Shown piece after piece: positions 51,501-59,436 of a stretch of DNA of 64,000 nt. Each line of letters opens with the position of its first letter. The first letter of the stretch is position 1. Source of the stretch: Nemertoderma westbladi (taxonomy: Eukaryota > Animalia > Xenacoelomorpha); contig JAUCBJ010001490.1 of the NCBI GenBank assembly GCA_032718475.1, positions 1 to 64,000 on the forward strand, in the 5' to 3' direction. A program made the translations under genes and the position numbers. Under the pieces are notes generated by a model that ran no database searches, was not told where the DNA came from, and was given only the letters and a program-made list of their open reading frames with translations.

Positions 51501-54141
51501 CTACGTAGACGACGGTATGGAGTCTGGAAATACGGTTGAGGAGATACTGGAAACAGGGCGCGAGGTTCGCGACATCCTGAAAGGATCCGGCTTCAACCTG
51601 ACCAAATTCCAATCCAGTTCAGAAGAATTTATCAAGGCAATAGAGGACAAGAAACCAGAATCGACCATGGACAACCCTACAACAGCCAAAGGACAGGACA
51701 TGGCGAATAAGAGAATACAATCTCAGCAAAAGGCGTTGGGAATCGTGTGGGATAGAGGAACAGACGAACTGAAGTATCAGCTGAGCCAGGAGGGCGCAGA
51801 CACCCATACGAAGAGGGGTTATGTATCGTATATAGCAAGGATATACGATCCCCTAGGCCTAGCATCCCCATTACTAGTCACGGGGAAACAGATACTCAAG
51901 AGAGTATATAAATTGAAGGATGAGTGGGACGTAGAGGTACCAGAGGACATCAAGAAACAGTGGAGCAAATGGACAGGAGACTTGGAGAGGATGGGAACAT
52001 ACAACATGCCGCGAGTGTATTTTCCGGACGGGAACATGACGAATCTGGATCTACTTATGTTCTCCGACGCGTCGTTAGAGGCATACGGAGCGGCACTCTA
52101 TTTGGTACAACGAGGGGGGGCTCACAAGCCCAGACTAGCCTTTAGCAAAGCTAAGTCAATGCCGCCAGATTCAGCATCTGTTCCCAAGTTAGAATTGACA
52201 GCTGCGAGACTAGGAGTTAGAGCCACAGCCTACCTAGTGGATACAATTCCCAACATAGTGGAGACACACTACTGGACGGACTCCATGGTAGTGCTTGGTT
52301 GGCTACACAACGAAAAGACGAGATACCCGATATTCATCGCGAATAGAGTGGACGAAATAAGGGCGAGCACAGAACTGGAAAGGTGGCACTACTGCCCAAC
52401 GGACGAGAACCCAGCGGACTTGCTGTCGAGGGGCGTGGAACGCCACACTTTCCTGAAGAAGGAAGCATTGTGGCAACATGGGCCACAATTTCTGAGCGTT
52501 AAAGAGGCCTGGCCGCCAATGAGAAAGGTGGAGCCGGGCTCAGAAGTAGTGTCAGAGGGAGAAGAGGGAAACTCAGAGGGAGAAGAGATATACTCCCAGA
52601 TGGTGAGGGAGATTAGGGACGTGCAACCAAAGCAAGAACTACGCGATAACCCGACGGACAAACTCCTCAGCTACAGTTCTAGTTGGTACAAGACCAAGAA
52701 ATTAGTGGCGTACTGGAGAGCTTTCGGGAATTTCCTCGCGGGAGTTAATAAGGAGAAGAAAACCAGGGAAACCATAGATCTGGAAGGAGCGGCCAAGGCA
52801 ATAATCCGCTATGAACAACGAAAGAACTACGGCGACGAGGTGGAACGCGTCGGTAACCAACAGCACCTCCGACGGGGCAGCGAGTTGATTACGCTGTCGC
52901 CACAACTCAACGACGATGGGATTCTAGTAATGAATTCTAGGGTGGGATATAACAACAGCATAGTCGTGCCACCGAAACCCATCATCATTCCCACAGGATC
53001 ACCAATAGTCCACCAGATCATATGGGAATCCCACAAATCGATACTGCATGGGGGCACCAACCGAACCCTCACCGAGATAAGGAGGACCTTTTGGGTCAAA
53101 CAACTAAGGAAGAAGGTTAAAGCGGTAGTGGGGCAGTGCCAGACCTGCCGACGGGCGAAGAAGGAGCGAGCCATACAGGAGATGGCGCCACTACCGGCGA
53201 GTAGGGTAAGACAGCACGACCCGCCATTTACGCATTGTGGTGTGGACATGTTCGGGCCGATAAAGATCAAGGTGATGCGACACACGGAGAAACGCTACGG
53301 TATTATCTTCGTATGCAACAATACACGGGCGGTAGGGATAGAACTCGCCCAAGATGCAACCGCATCAGCATTCATTAACGCCTTAGAAAGGTTTAGGGAC
53401 CGCAAAGGTGGGACGATCGCAGTGATATACAGCGACAACGGCACCAACTTTGTGGGCGCAGAGAGTGAGATGGCAGAGGCCTTGGACATCTTGGAGGGAG
53501 AAGAAGTCAGGGCAGCCATGAGGAGACGACAAGTAAAGTGGGAGAGAAGGACGCCGTATGCACCACATACACTAGGATGCGTCGAGAGACTGGTGGGCAG
53601 TTCAAAGCGTCTAATGACGAAGTTAATGAACACCCACATGGTCACTGAGGACGTCTTACGGACAGTACTTGCGAAGTGCGAGGGGATCATTAATAGCAGA
53701 CCGCTATACCCGGAGAATGATGACCCTGAGTCATTAGACGTGTTGACGCCTAGCCATTTTCTGATGGAAAGGCCAGCGACCATCGATATGCAGGGTGTAG
53801 ATCCAGATGATATACATTCCCGCCAGAGTTGGAAAGTCGCTAAAGCAATAAGCGCAGAGTACTGGAGGAGGTGGGTAGAAGAATACCTACCCACGCTCCA
53901 TAAGCGAAGCAAGTGGAGGAAACCGAACAGGGAGTTAAAAGAGGGAGATCTCGTAATCGTCACGGATGATACTATCATCAACAACCAATGGCGGTTGGCG
54001 AGAGTTGTAGGCACCTACTCCGACGAGGACGGAAGAGTCCGATCGGTAGAAGTGCGAATAGGTGGAAAGATAGGTGCGAAGGACAGAAAAACTTACAGGA
54101 GAGCTGTAGGGAAATGCTGTCTTCTAGAAGGGGCACCTTAA
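48508..54141 (+). CDS. BEL/Pao Gag-Pol polyprotein (1877 aa, intact)
   Basis: DUF1759-like gag (PFKFDGSRPEEYLQF); zinc knuckles (CQLH..H...C, CSRCVKSGHKAREC); protease LVDSGA; RT RMVVDAS / DIEGMFNQV / FYVDD; Pao RNase H FSDASLEAYG, PKLEL, WTDS, ENPAD; integrase HHCC, VDMFGP, SDNGTNF, GCVERL; DUF5641-like WVEEYLPTL. Confidence 0.97.
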   Translation: MQTVGHTVGLTAHTVGHTERGNVGDRIARTTELNPEVAEYVPASRPEADRPIPVPTQQYDYSMQGHNIYPGEGGIIADRCMGPNILTSTPLPNIPVGGGQGDIPPSQYQQYTPMVARTTRPLDENRSCDTDIWRGPLPPMTYPSQRRSRSRTDGTHQTGETIQHPSNPLEAQAIGMATLIDALKTRIELPPVEPFKFDGSRPEEYLQFRRMYSNEILTKNLTQAECLKYLQVYTGGPAYDIVRQYQGIEGGFTTAWRALDREYGHPAKIIRQTLRGITSGGLQDNPVSIKAFANKVEKALIVLKTLDAPYELNASNNITTIAQALPNWLRNKWRKIAFSTRDKKGADAEPGLEEMSNFLNYEAELITDPVYSEDSLGKGPKTDHYRPKPEHNTSNALPRLRQSLPYAATQGTASPQANEDKTTSWNGQGNNNNMNKHNPSTSSRPNPVNKNSRDFGTNITAIRNALYKEGYDPKSKCQLHANALHKTMNCRYWQALPRQDQIDYASSNKICSRCVKSGHKARECQEKPVKFGQRRGQTMATSTVGAKKRGTVLLGVVPVRVIGEGNRSVTTLMLVDSGAAFTLVEEWVAEEIGLRTRPSKMAVTTISSKDEILEMRTGRCAIAAVAPGCDYGATIDPIQVIESININARRPTNIEVEQYKFLDDIDFSIPDVDVRKVSIIVGMDCPTAHERMQTVFGEDKQSNPVAILTPFGWTLSGPIKSKIPFRMSETSGCMFAGTMQEMGDEGAEEQLKRLLRQDFEGLKETGVGTSVEDKQALQSVEGSMTCDEGRYTIGMVWKLPKIPLPDNRGMVLTRLRKLKQTLKRSPEKNEYIHRTIKKYVEKGWAVELPVDEPNTDRTYYLPLHVALDPKKGKLRMVVDASAKTDGKCLNDYLLEGPNIYNSGIEVLLRFRNGKHAFTCDIEGMFNQVCVTEEDSDSQRFLWYNGEEEPPVIPAYKMVVQNMGAKSSSFTTTMAVRDTVKGKEDRYSSRAVDMIRRGFYVDDGMESGNTVEEILETGREVRDILKGSGFNLTKFQSSSEEFIKAIEDKKPESTMDNPTTAKGQDMANKRIQSQQKALGIVWDRGTDELKYQLSQEGADTHTKRGYVSYIARIYDPLGLASPLLVTGKQILKRVYKLKDEWDVEVPEDIKKQWSKWTGDLERMGTYNMPRVYFPDGNMTNLDLLMFSDASLEAYGAALYLVQRGGAHKPRLAFSKAKSMPPDSASVPKLELTAARLGVRATAYLVDTIPNIVETHYWTDSMVVLGWLHNEKTRYPIFIANRVDEIRASTELERWHYCPTDENPADLLSRGVERHTFLKKEALWQHGPQFLSVKEAWPPMRKVEPGSEVVSEGEEGNSEGEEIYSQMVREIRDVQPKQELRDNPTDKLLSYSSSWYKTKKLVAYWRAFGNFLAGVNKEKKTRETIDLEGAAKAIIRYEQRKNYGDEVERVGNQQHLRRGSELITLSPQLNDDGILVMNSRVGYNNSIVVPPKPIIIPTGSPIVHQIIWESHKSILHGGTNRTLTEIRRTFWVKQLRKKVKAVVGQCQTCRRAKKERAIQEMAPLPASRVRQHDPPFTHCGVDMFGPIKIKVMRHTEKRYGIIFVCNNTRAVGIELAQDATASAFINALERFRDRKGGTIAVIYSDNGTNFVGAESEMAEALDILEGEEVRAAMRRRQVKWERRTPYAPHTLGCVERLVGSSKRLMTKLMNTHMVTEDVLRTVLAKCEGIINSRPLYPENDDPESLDVLTPSHFLMERPATIDMQGVDPDDIHSRQSWKVAKAISAEYWRRWVEEYLPTLHKRSKWRKPNRELKEGDLVIVTDDTIINNQWRLARVVGTYSDEDGRVRSVEVRIGGKIGAKDRKTYRRAVGKCCLLEGAP

Positions 54142-54249
54142 ATTGGAGTTAGAGTGGAGTTTAGTCGTCCAAGTTTTGGACTGAGGGGGGTGGGATTGAG
54201 GGCAAGACGCCCTTCCCACACAAATAAAAATAAAATAAAATAAAAATAA

Positions 54250-55160
54250 TAGTTAGTTAGTTAGTAGGTACGTAGTACCTAGAGTTAGTTAGTTAGTAGG
54301 TACGTAGTACCTAGAGTTAGTTAGTTAGTAGGTACGTAGTACCTAGAGTTAGTTAGTTAGTAGGTACGTAGTACCTAGAGTTAGTTAGTTAGTAGGTACG
54401 TAGTACCTAGAGTTAGTTAGTTAGTTAGAGGGTACGTAGTACCGTTAGTTAGAGTTAGAGTTAGAGGGTACGTAGTACCGTTAGTTAGAGTTAGAGTTAG
54501 AGGGTACGTAGTACCGATAGTTAGAGAGTTAGAGGGTACGTAGTACCGTTAGTTAGAGTTAGAGTTAGAGGGTACGTAGTACCGATAGTTAGAGAGTTAG
54601 AGGGTACGTAGTACCGTTAGTTAGAGTTGAGTTAGAGGGTACGTAGTACCGATAGTTAGAGAGTTAGAGGGTACGTAGTACCAATAGTTAGTTAGAGTTA
54701 GAGGGTACGTAGTACCGATAGTTAGAGAGTTAGTAGGTACGTAGTACCTAGTTAGAGTTAGAGTTAGAGGGTACGTAGTACCGATAGTTAGAGAGTTAGA
54801 GGGTACGTAGTACCGTTAGTTAGAGTTAGAGTTAGAGGGTACGTAGTACCGATAGTTAGAGAGTTAGAGGGTACGTAGTACCAATAGTTAGTTAGAGTTA
54901 GAGGGTACGTAGTACCAATAGTTAGAGAGTTAGTAGGTACGTAGTACCTAGTTAGAGTTAGAGTTAGAGGGTACGTAGTACCGATAGTTAGAGAGTTAGT
55001 AGGTACGTAGTACCTAGTTAGAGTTAGAGTTAGAGGGTACGTAGTACCAATAGTTAGTTAGAGTTAGTAGGTACGTAGTACCTAGTTAGAGTTAGAGTTA
55101 GTAGGTACGTGGTACCTAGTTAGAGTTAGAGTTAGGGGGTACGTAGTACCATTAGTTAGA
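54250..55160 (+). repeat. Tandem array of ~27 hairpin-bearing 32-36 bp units
   Basis: Core GGTAC-GTA-GTACC separated by (TTAG/TTAGAG)n linkers. Confidence 0.95.
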
Positions 55161-55657
55161 GAGAGAGAGTGAGAGATAAAAGGGGTAAATAGGATATAGA
55201 TATTAGTTAGCAGTAAGTAGAGTTAGTAGCGAGAGGGGGGCATATGAGTACAGCTGGATAAATCGTGTGGCCACACGACGCATACTGCTGTACTGCATGG
55301 GCCCACAGAGTAGGCCAGAATATGGATCAGAGAATAGAATAAACCCATAGGCAGTAGTAGGTAGTAGGACAGTAGAATCAAAGCAAACAAACAAATAAAT
55401 AGAATAGGGCTAAAATCGTAAAATAGTGGCAACACAAGGAAAGTCGTTCTAGAACATAATAAAAGTAACGGACGGAAATTGTAAATTAGGCTGATTTACT
55501 AGCTCCGAAATTAATTAGGTTAAATTTAGCTTGAAAGGCGCAATTAAGTAGAAAGTAGGCCATTATCGAACTGTACGAAACATCTTAAATACTTCACTCA
55601 TCTGTATTGCGCCTTGGTAAGGCACCACCCTGCAGGTGAGCGAGTGTAGTGTTCGGA

Positions 55658-55993
55658 ATGGCGAGTAAGTTGATCAGGAAGAGGAAGGCGGAGTCAGGAG
55701 GAAAAGAAATACTGGTGGATTTCACCGAAAGACACCCGGAAGAGAAGACGAGAGGATACTACGAGAAGTTGGAAAGGGGTCACGCGGCACGAGCGCTGCA
55801 GGACCACTTCCGGGAGATGCACGAGCAGCGGCTGGTCGGGACCTACGGAACGCCGTCGCTGGACAACGCGATCTTCCAACACTTCCACTACGTGGTGAAA
55901 GGGGACGAGGCGAAGTTCGGGATTCCGAAGTATCCAAGGGAATCGCCGAGGAAGGACTGGAAAAGATTCATAGAGTCCGTCAACAGAGGATGA
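55658..55993 (+). CDS. Accessory ORF segment A (unknown; in frame with the exonuclease ORF)
   Basis: Purine-rich open frame with element-like codon usage. Ends at TGA one codon before the next ATG in the same frame. Confidence 0.5.
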   Translation: MASKLIRKRKAESGGKEILVDFTERHPEEKTRGYYEKLERGHAARALQDHFREMHEQRLVGTYGTPSLDNAIFQHFHYVVKGDEAKFGIPKYPRESPRKDWKRFIESVNRG

Positions 55994-55996
55994 TAT

Positions 55997-56902
55997 ATGA
56001 TCCTAGATGACGAGGGAACCGTGGAAGACGAAGCGGGTTCGAGACGAGGAACGGCAGGGTCGGCCAGGACCATACTCCTACATTTGGCCGCGCCAAATGG
56101 GGACATCTTCTTATTCGACCTAGGGACGTATGGGAAGAAGGACGGGCCGAAATTAGACCGATTACCGAAAGCGGTACAAGTCTTAGTAAGAGAGAAGTCG
56201 ACGACGAAAGTGGGATTGGCGATTCGCGAGGACGCGGAGAGGATCATCGGTCCGGACGCCACCAACCTCCTGGATATGCAGAAAGTCTTTATGGCTATGG
56301 CGGCACCGGATGGATTGGGGGTGGTCGAGAATACAGGCCAATGCGGGGCGGTGGCGATGGGCCAATTATTGGGGCTCGTATGCCACAAACCGATGGACTG
56401 GGGAAAGTTTAGGGAAGAATACGGGGCAGAACTAGCGAACTCGCTGAAGTGGGGAGCGAGACCGGGAAAGCAGGAGGTATATCAGTTTCGCAGAGGAGCG
56501 ATAAAGGTATATCAGAAGCGATATATCCTGCAGGAGGACTGGATGATGATAAGTTTGCTTAACTTATTCATGACCGTAGTTATCGAAAGGGAACCAGGGG
56601 CATTTCTGTTATCGGGATCACCCCTAAGCTACAGGAGAGCCTTTAAAGTGGCCTTTGACGGTCTGGTAGACCACCCGGGGCTGAAGGGCGAGTCGGTGTA
56701 CTACAACAGCCGACATCTGGTAGACGGGGAGACAGATACACCGTATCAGAGATGGGAGCAGCTAGAGGCGGACAGACGAGAAGCAAAGCGACTGGAAGAA
56801 GTCGCTAGACGGGAGAGGATAGAAGCAGAGGAGAGGGAAGAGGAGGCCAGGGCACAGAGTTACGGCTTCGAGGAACAGGCGGGCCTAGACGAACTTCATT
56901 GA
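55997..56902 (+). CDS. DEDDy (RNase D/WRN/Mut-7-like) 3'-5' exonuclease domain
   Basis: ExoI ILDDEG, LLHLA..IFLFD, LPKAVQVLVREKSTTKVGLAIREDA (ExoII), NLLDMQ, and ExoIII-like QKRYILQED. Recognised by motif pattern only. Confidence 0.75.
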   Translation: MILDDEGTVEDEAGSRRGTAGSARTILLHLAAPNGDIFLFDLGTYGKKDGPKLDRLPKAVQVLVREKSTTKVGLAIREDAERIIGPDATNLLDMQKVFMAMAAPDGLGVVENTGQCGAVAMGQLLGLVCHKPMDWGKFREEYGAELANSLKWGARPGKQEVYQFRRGAIKVYQKRYILQEDWMMISLLNLFMTVVIEREPGAFLLSGSPLSYRRAFKVAFDGLVDHPGLKGESVYYNSRHLVDGETDTPYQRWEQLEADRREAKRLEEVARRERIEAEEREEEARAQSYGFEEQAGLDELH

Positions 56903-58192
56903 ACTTCGTCAGGGAGTTCGGGGGAGTCTCTAGGGCGAGAATTGGGATGGACGGTGGGATCGCCGAAAAAGTCGACGTCGGGGTTGCAAACGATGCCCAT
57001 ACCAGCGGGCGCCGAGGGCGACCAACCGCCAAGGAAGTTAAGGGAGCTAGAGGGATGGAGAGCTACGGGCGAGAGTCAAGGCGGGAAGGGACATAGTGGA
57101 TCCATCGGGATACCGGGATTGGAGACACTACCAGAAGAGGAGGATGGCGACGACGAGTTCGGAGAGATGCCGCCCATCGAGAGGATAGGCCACTCGGACA
57201 CGGACTGGGTTGGCGGAAGGGTGGTGACAGCCAGTGGGGCGAGGGCCTTCTGGAACAGATCCGGCAAGCGGACCTGGGTGCACGAGGAGCCGGCGATGGA
57301 TTTCGCGGGGAGCACCATCAGGTTGGGCGAGCAACCGGGGACGGCACCACGGATAGTATTCGGGGAGACGATGCCCGAGAGGGGCGGAGAGATCGACGTA
57401 AACAGGGAGACCAACGTAGAGAAGTTCGCCTACCAGCGACTCCACAGACCGCGGAGATCGCTTGGGACGAAAGACGAGGTGGGACGGGAGACATTGGTAC
57501 TCGGCTGCGACTACTGCGGGAGACAGACCCATCGGGAAAGCAGCTGCCTATACCGGTTCCAAAAGGGAACCTTCTGTCTCTACTGCAGAGAACCAAGTCA
57601 CAGGATGGGGGCGTGTCCACGGTTGCATAACCGATGTCCAAAGTGCCACTTTCGGGGACACTACGGACGCGAGTGCGACTGGATGAACGACGAGGAGAAG
57701 TTCACAAGGTTCGAGGAGTGGGCCGACGTCGGGGCCATGACGCGCCAGCGCATGAAGGCCCAAGAGTTCAAGTGGGGTTTCTTCCTCATAAACCAGGAGA
57801 CCCACATGGAAATCATAAAGCGAAGGTTACCGTTTACCTATCAAGAGGTAGCAACGGCTGCGTCGTTCGCCGGAGTTATGAACACGCAACGGTACCTGGA
57901 CAGGTGGACACCAGAGAACCGGAGGGAGTTTAGGGATTTCTTGGCGGAACACGTACCAAAGGCAATGAAAATGATCCTATGGGACGCCACGCGAGGGAGA
58001 CAACCAGGCCATTCTGAGGGGCCACCGGCGAAGCGGTATCGGGCATTAATAACACCAGCGCCCAAGGAGCCGACGACCGGGATCAGCAAGGAAGTGGCGG
58101 CGAAGGTCCGGAAGCAGAAAGCGGATGATGCCAGAGGAACGGTGATAACCAAGAAACGGGCCAGGGAAGAGGACGTGAGGAGGAACAGATAA
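56903..58192 (+). CDS. Accessory ORF segment C with three CCHC zinc knuckles
   Basis: CDYCGRQTHRESSC, CLYCREPSHRMGAC and CPKCHFRGHYGREC (CX2CX4HX4C). The frame is open from 56903, in frame with the exonuclease ORF. Confidence 0.75.
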   Translation, partial: TSSGSSGESLGRELGWTVGSPKKSTSGLQTMPIPAGAEGDQPPRKLRELEGWRATGESQGGKGHSGSIGIPGLETLPEEEDGDDEFGEMPPIERIGHSDTDWVGGRVVTASGARAFWNRSGKRTWVHEEPAMDFAGSTIRLGEQPGTAPRIVFGETMPERGGEIDVNRETNVEKFAYQRLHRPRRSLGTKDEVGRETLVLGCDYCGRQTHRESSCLYRFQKGTFCLYCREPSHRMGACPRLHNRCPKCHFRGHYGRECDWMNDEEKFTRFEEWADVGAMTRQRMKAQEFKWGFFLINQETHMEIIKRRLPFTYQEVATAASFAGVMNTQRYLDRWTPENRREFRDFLAEHVPKAMKMILWDATRGRQPGHSEGPPAKRYRALITPAPKEPTTGISKEVAAKVRKQKADDARGTVITKKRAREEDVRRNR

Positions 58193-58885
58193 GTTCCCAG
58201 ATACGAGGGAGTGAGACTGAGACTGGGACGTGGTGCGCCTGGAAGGCGCCGCATGGAACGTACGAACCATTAAGTACAAATTTAATTAATGCAAATAATC
58301 ATATAAGTGCAATTTGTATGTACGTACGTAGTAATTAGCAGTAAAATACACGATCGGAGTAAGTACTATAGTCATACAACCTTTCTCAACTAGCTAGTGG
58401 GACTGGGGGATAACTGACTATGGCACTGTGGACGAGACGCCAGACAATTTCACACCTCTTGAGTGCGACGGCACGAGAGAGGGGGGGGAGATTCGTCAGA
58501 AGGTATGAGGTAGTCAAAGTGGGGTTGAGGAACGGAGTAAGAGTGCGAAGTGCGGAGAGAGTACGAACGCAATTCTAGTGTGGGGGGGAGAATAAGAGGC
58601 TGAGTAAGGGACGAGGAGGTCCGAATGTGAGAGAGTTATGGTGAGAGTGAAGGTGAGGTAGGGCGGAAATGTTGGGGAAACAAAAGTTGCGTGGGAGGTG
58701 AGCGCGATCGGCCCGACATGAGACGCCAGGCACACAGGGTAGCGTTATCATACCCATAGGGGGCGGCCTGGAAAGCCAGCTCCTAGAGAAAAGAATTCCA
58801 CCCCACACCCGATACTAGATCGGGATCCAGCAGGATTGTAACGCACTTTTAGGTTGATGCTATCTTCTTACCGGGAAGATAGCAT

Positions 58886-58894
58886 GGGGGGGAG
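58886..58894 (+). promoter_or_regulatory. Polypurine tract
   Basis: GGGGGGGAG immediately before the TG of the 3' LTR. Confidence 0.85.
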
Positions 58895-59436
58895 TGTTAG
58901 CTTATTCAATCCCGCCAACACCCCATAAAGTTATAAGCCGATAAGCAATATTGGGAGCCACGAGATTGGGCAATTAACCAACTCGTGCCATCCCAATGAG
59001 AGTGGGAAGGAAGCACACAATAGAGGGTCAGGGGCCAAACCCCTAACCCAGAGAACACAGGTGGAGTGAACGGGAATACTCCACGGGGCGCCAACAAGGG
59101 TATTAACCAATCAGAGGGGGGGAATGGCATCGATTGAGTAGCAGTAAGGCCGCCGTGCAATATAACCAATAACCTATTAATCAGTGATTCAGTTATCTCA
59201 GTGTAGCAGTGCTAGCGTAGGTTGGTAGTCAATTAGTTTAGTTAGGGGATCACGGGACTTTAGTTACCGTATCCCGCCTTGTACACATTATATCTATATC
59301 TATATCCTATGCCCTATTATTATTATACACCGAACTTCAGAACTCAGTTACTTTATTTCACCCTTATACACGGCGGGGACGCGTGGACTAAATTACCACA
59401 TCGGATAAATCGGGATCCCTCCTGGATCCCGTCACA
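58895..59436 (+). repeat. 3' LTR (542 bp)
   Basis: TGTTAGC...GATCCCGTCACA followed by the TSD CTCAC. Confidence 0.97.

Larger units (their letters stand above)
44493..59436 (+). mobile_element. BEL/Pao LTR retrotransposon, full length (~14.9 kb)
   Basis: TG...CA LTRs at both ends; 5-bp TSD CTCAC (44488-44492 and 59437-59441); gag-PR-RT-RH-IN order with Pao-type motifs; polypurine tract. Confidence 0.97.

Noticed and set aside
54250-55160. Telomeric repeat or CRISPR array
   Set aside because: Linkers are TTAG/TTAGAG rather than canonical TTAGG(G) tracts, and they are low-complexity rather than unique spacers.
55991-56902. Alternative genetic code or selenocysteine explaining the TGA codons
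   Set aside because: MTMR9 ends with TGA at the expected position and Trp is TGG throughout pol. No SECIS was recognised, and the positions are not Cys-like catalytic sites.
55658-58192. env gene
   Set aside because: No signal peptide, furin site plus fusion peptide, or clear transmembrane anchor. The motifs are nuclease and zinc knuckle.
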